Shown here: positions 61,801-64,000 of the stretch, piece after piece | Numbering within the stretch: the stretch's first letter is position 1 | Layout: the number at the start of each line of letters is the position of its first letter | NCBI RefSeq assembly: GCF_018977255.1 | Contig: NW_024704743.1 | Location: forward strand, 52,144,001 to 52,208,000 | Reading direction: 5' to 3' | Length of the DNA stretch: 64,000 bases | Source: Callorhinchus milii | Taxonomy: Eukaryota | Made by a program: the position numbers and the translations under genes | The notes under the pieces: model-generated | What the model was told of the DNA's origin: nothing | Databases searched by the model: none | The model's input: the letters and a program-made list of their open reading frames with translations, nothing else

Positions 61801-63382
61801 GTTGAAGAGAAGTATAGCACCAAAGGAGATGCTCAGAAAGCTTCAGTACAGTGACAAGTGCATTGTTGACACTGCAGTTACTAAATAAGAGGATGTGTTT
61901 CAATAAGAAACTGAAATGGAAGTAAGTGACTGACATTGGTGAGTAACTCACCTTTCATACTATTCAAATAAAAATAGGCAAATGGGATTATTTCAGTATC
62001 TGCAATACTGAACAAGGATTAACCCAGGTACCTGACAATCACCATCATGGGAACATACTCATGCAACATTCTAGTTACTGTGAAGCACTGTACTGTTTGA
62101 ACACTATTTTTACCCATTAATTAGCAATCATAATGAAACACAGGAAAACCAAGTTAAGATCAAAACAATTGTCTGCCTTGGGAATAACAAACTAATGAGC
62201 CAAAAAAATTAACAAAAAACATGAATTTTTGTGTGGATTTCCTATCATTGGATGTCACTTTGTAAATACACTCTACATTAACGCAGCAGGAGACGAGCAC
62301 AAGTACATCACAAGATGGACAATACAGTGCTTAAGTAATTCATCACATGACCAGCAGCACCTCCAAGTTTCCAATGTAAATTCCTGAAGGTGAGCAACTA
62401 TTTTGGCAGAATATATATTTTTTTAAAAAATCAGATATCTTAAAGAATCCTCCAGTCATTCGTCATCACTTTTTTATGCAATGCTCCTTATAACATAACC
62501 TAAAAAGGCCGAAACAAAATACCAACTATAGAATTCACCACACAATGCAAGGTCATGCTTATATTTCATATAAATAATGGGGGCTGCATATATAGCTCCG
62601 ATTGATAACTAGCTGAATGTTGATGCTCAAGTTTACCATCTTACTCTCATAACTAGCATCTCAGAATACTAACCTCTTTCTGCCGTCCAACAAACCTAAC
62701 TTTTCTGTAGTCCGCCTCATCATAAACCTGAGGTAGTAGACAAAACATATAGAGATTAGAAAGATTATCTGTGAACATGAAATATCATGGATTTTAAAAC
62801 AGTTTGTAAGATTCTGGAGAAAGCATTTCATTGAACTAAATTGGTTAATGCAGTAACTGTAATTATTACAAACAAAACTATCCAGTCAAAACTCAAATTC
62901 CATCCTTGGAGTTCAGCAGAGAGGTTATTTCTAAGCCATCTTTCAAAATGGTGAAAACTTGAGTTTGAGCAGAAAATTTCCTGTGACAAGAGATCTGTAA
63001 GAAAACTGATAAGATCTGACTATACCGAGGGTAGCAATGGTGGCAATTAATACCATTCGACAGACTCAATAGTTCGTGCTCATGTAGCTATGGAATGCAT
63101 TGAGATAAGGTAACCTATGTTCACCCGGAAAACTAACACTCTACCACCCAACACGGTGCATCATTGCCTGCTGTCATTTTCAAAGAAGATCTCAGCTCCT
63201 CCTCCAAATGGATTGCAGTGCTACCATTCTTCAGGAAGTTTCTGGTTCAATTTGCCCAACATTGTGCCACCAATAAAATATGGAATTTCCTTATTCCACC
63301 ATCCATTTTACAAAAGCTTTTTATAGAATCATCTTCCATTTCATCTATATTGGCCAAATATAATGAATCAGCCTGCCTTAGT

Positions 63383-63597
63383 TAGTAGCACTCTCTCCTC
63401 CAAGTCAGAAGGTTGTAGGTTCAAACCACATATTAAGTTTTGAACTCACACATTCGAGGCTGACAGTCCAATACACTGCTGTGGAAGCTCTGCATTATCG
63501 GAGGGACCATTCTTCGGATGACACATTAAACTGAGATCTCATCTGCTCATTTGAGTACACATTAAAAGATCACTTGGCATCACTACTCGAAAAAAGA
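63383..63597 (+). mobile_element. Old Deu-type SINE 5' part
   Basis: tagcactctc...agtcagaaggttgtaggttcaaac...gctgacagtcc...cttcggatgacacattaaactgagatctcatctgc. Confidence 0.7.
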
Positions 63598-63790
63598 ATT
63601 ATTTTAAAATTAAATTTTAAATGTTGTTCTACATTTCAATACATTCCAAAGTCTGGGCAGGGCTTATTGTTTAGAGAAGTGATTATGTGACAAAAATGAG
63701 CACCAATACGTTGATAGCTGTGAGTGTCCCAGGCACGTCACATTTAGTGACAGACCTGGGCACTGAGAATTTAGTTTGTGTCCTCATAGC

Positions 63791-64000
63791 AGTCCTGTAG
63801 CTCAGTGGTTAGAGCACTCGCTTTGCAAGCGAAACACCTGGGTTTAATTCCAGGCAGAACGAAACTTTGGGCAAGTTTCCTTACTCCACACGCCTAATAA
63901 TAATCCCTCCAAAACAAAACAATAATAAATTGGTCATTTTCAATCCACAACTGTTTGTGGGACACTGCTGTGCGCAATTGGCTGCCGCGTTCGCCCACAA
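63791..64000 (+). mobile_element. tRNA-derived SINE, short/young form (cut by window end)
   Basis: Near-identical to 1115-1328. Confidence 0.92.

Noticed and set aside
61952..61999. 48-nt minus-strand exon candidate (ttgcAG...AAG|GTGAGT)
   Set aside because: Splice signals are plausible, but the peptide is unrecognisable and I found no partner exons. I also found no NDUFS6-like exon, which mammalian synteny would place downstream.

Overview
Vertebrate genomic DNA. The repeat landscape (tRNA/Deu-type SINEs with L2 tails, CR1, L2, a Penelope-type motif) suggests a cartilaginous fish, possibly a holocephalan; this assignment is inference. The only protein-coding gene I can support is a five-coding-exon Iroquois (TALE homeobox) gene, Irx4, on the + strand: join(13232..13276,13682..13933,15861..15967,17293..17603,17934..18685), 1467 nt, 488 aa, all introns GT-AG with consistent phases. 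It sits in a ~16 kb transposon-poor, visibly CpG-richer island. The rest is gene desert with many SINE/LINE copies and several CNE-like blocks. Nearly all other ORF-track entries are noise or retroelement remnants. Best second-look items: (1) a minimal type I hammerhead ribozyme motif at 52908-52944; (2) complementary G-rich and C-rich tracts flanking the frame-symmetric exon 2; (3) two long unexplained inverted-repeat elements; (4) a SINE/L2 shared 3' stem-loop with a compensatory change; (5) three miR-30 seed sites in the 3'UTR. I found no convincing wholly new multi-gene system.
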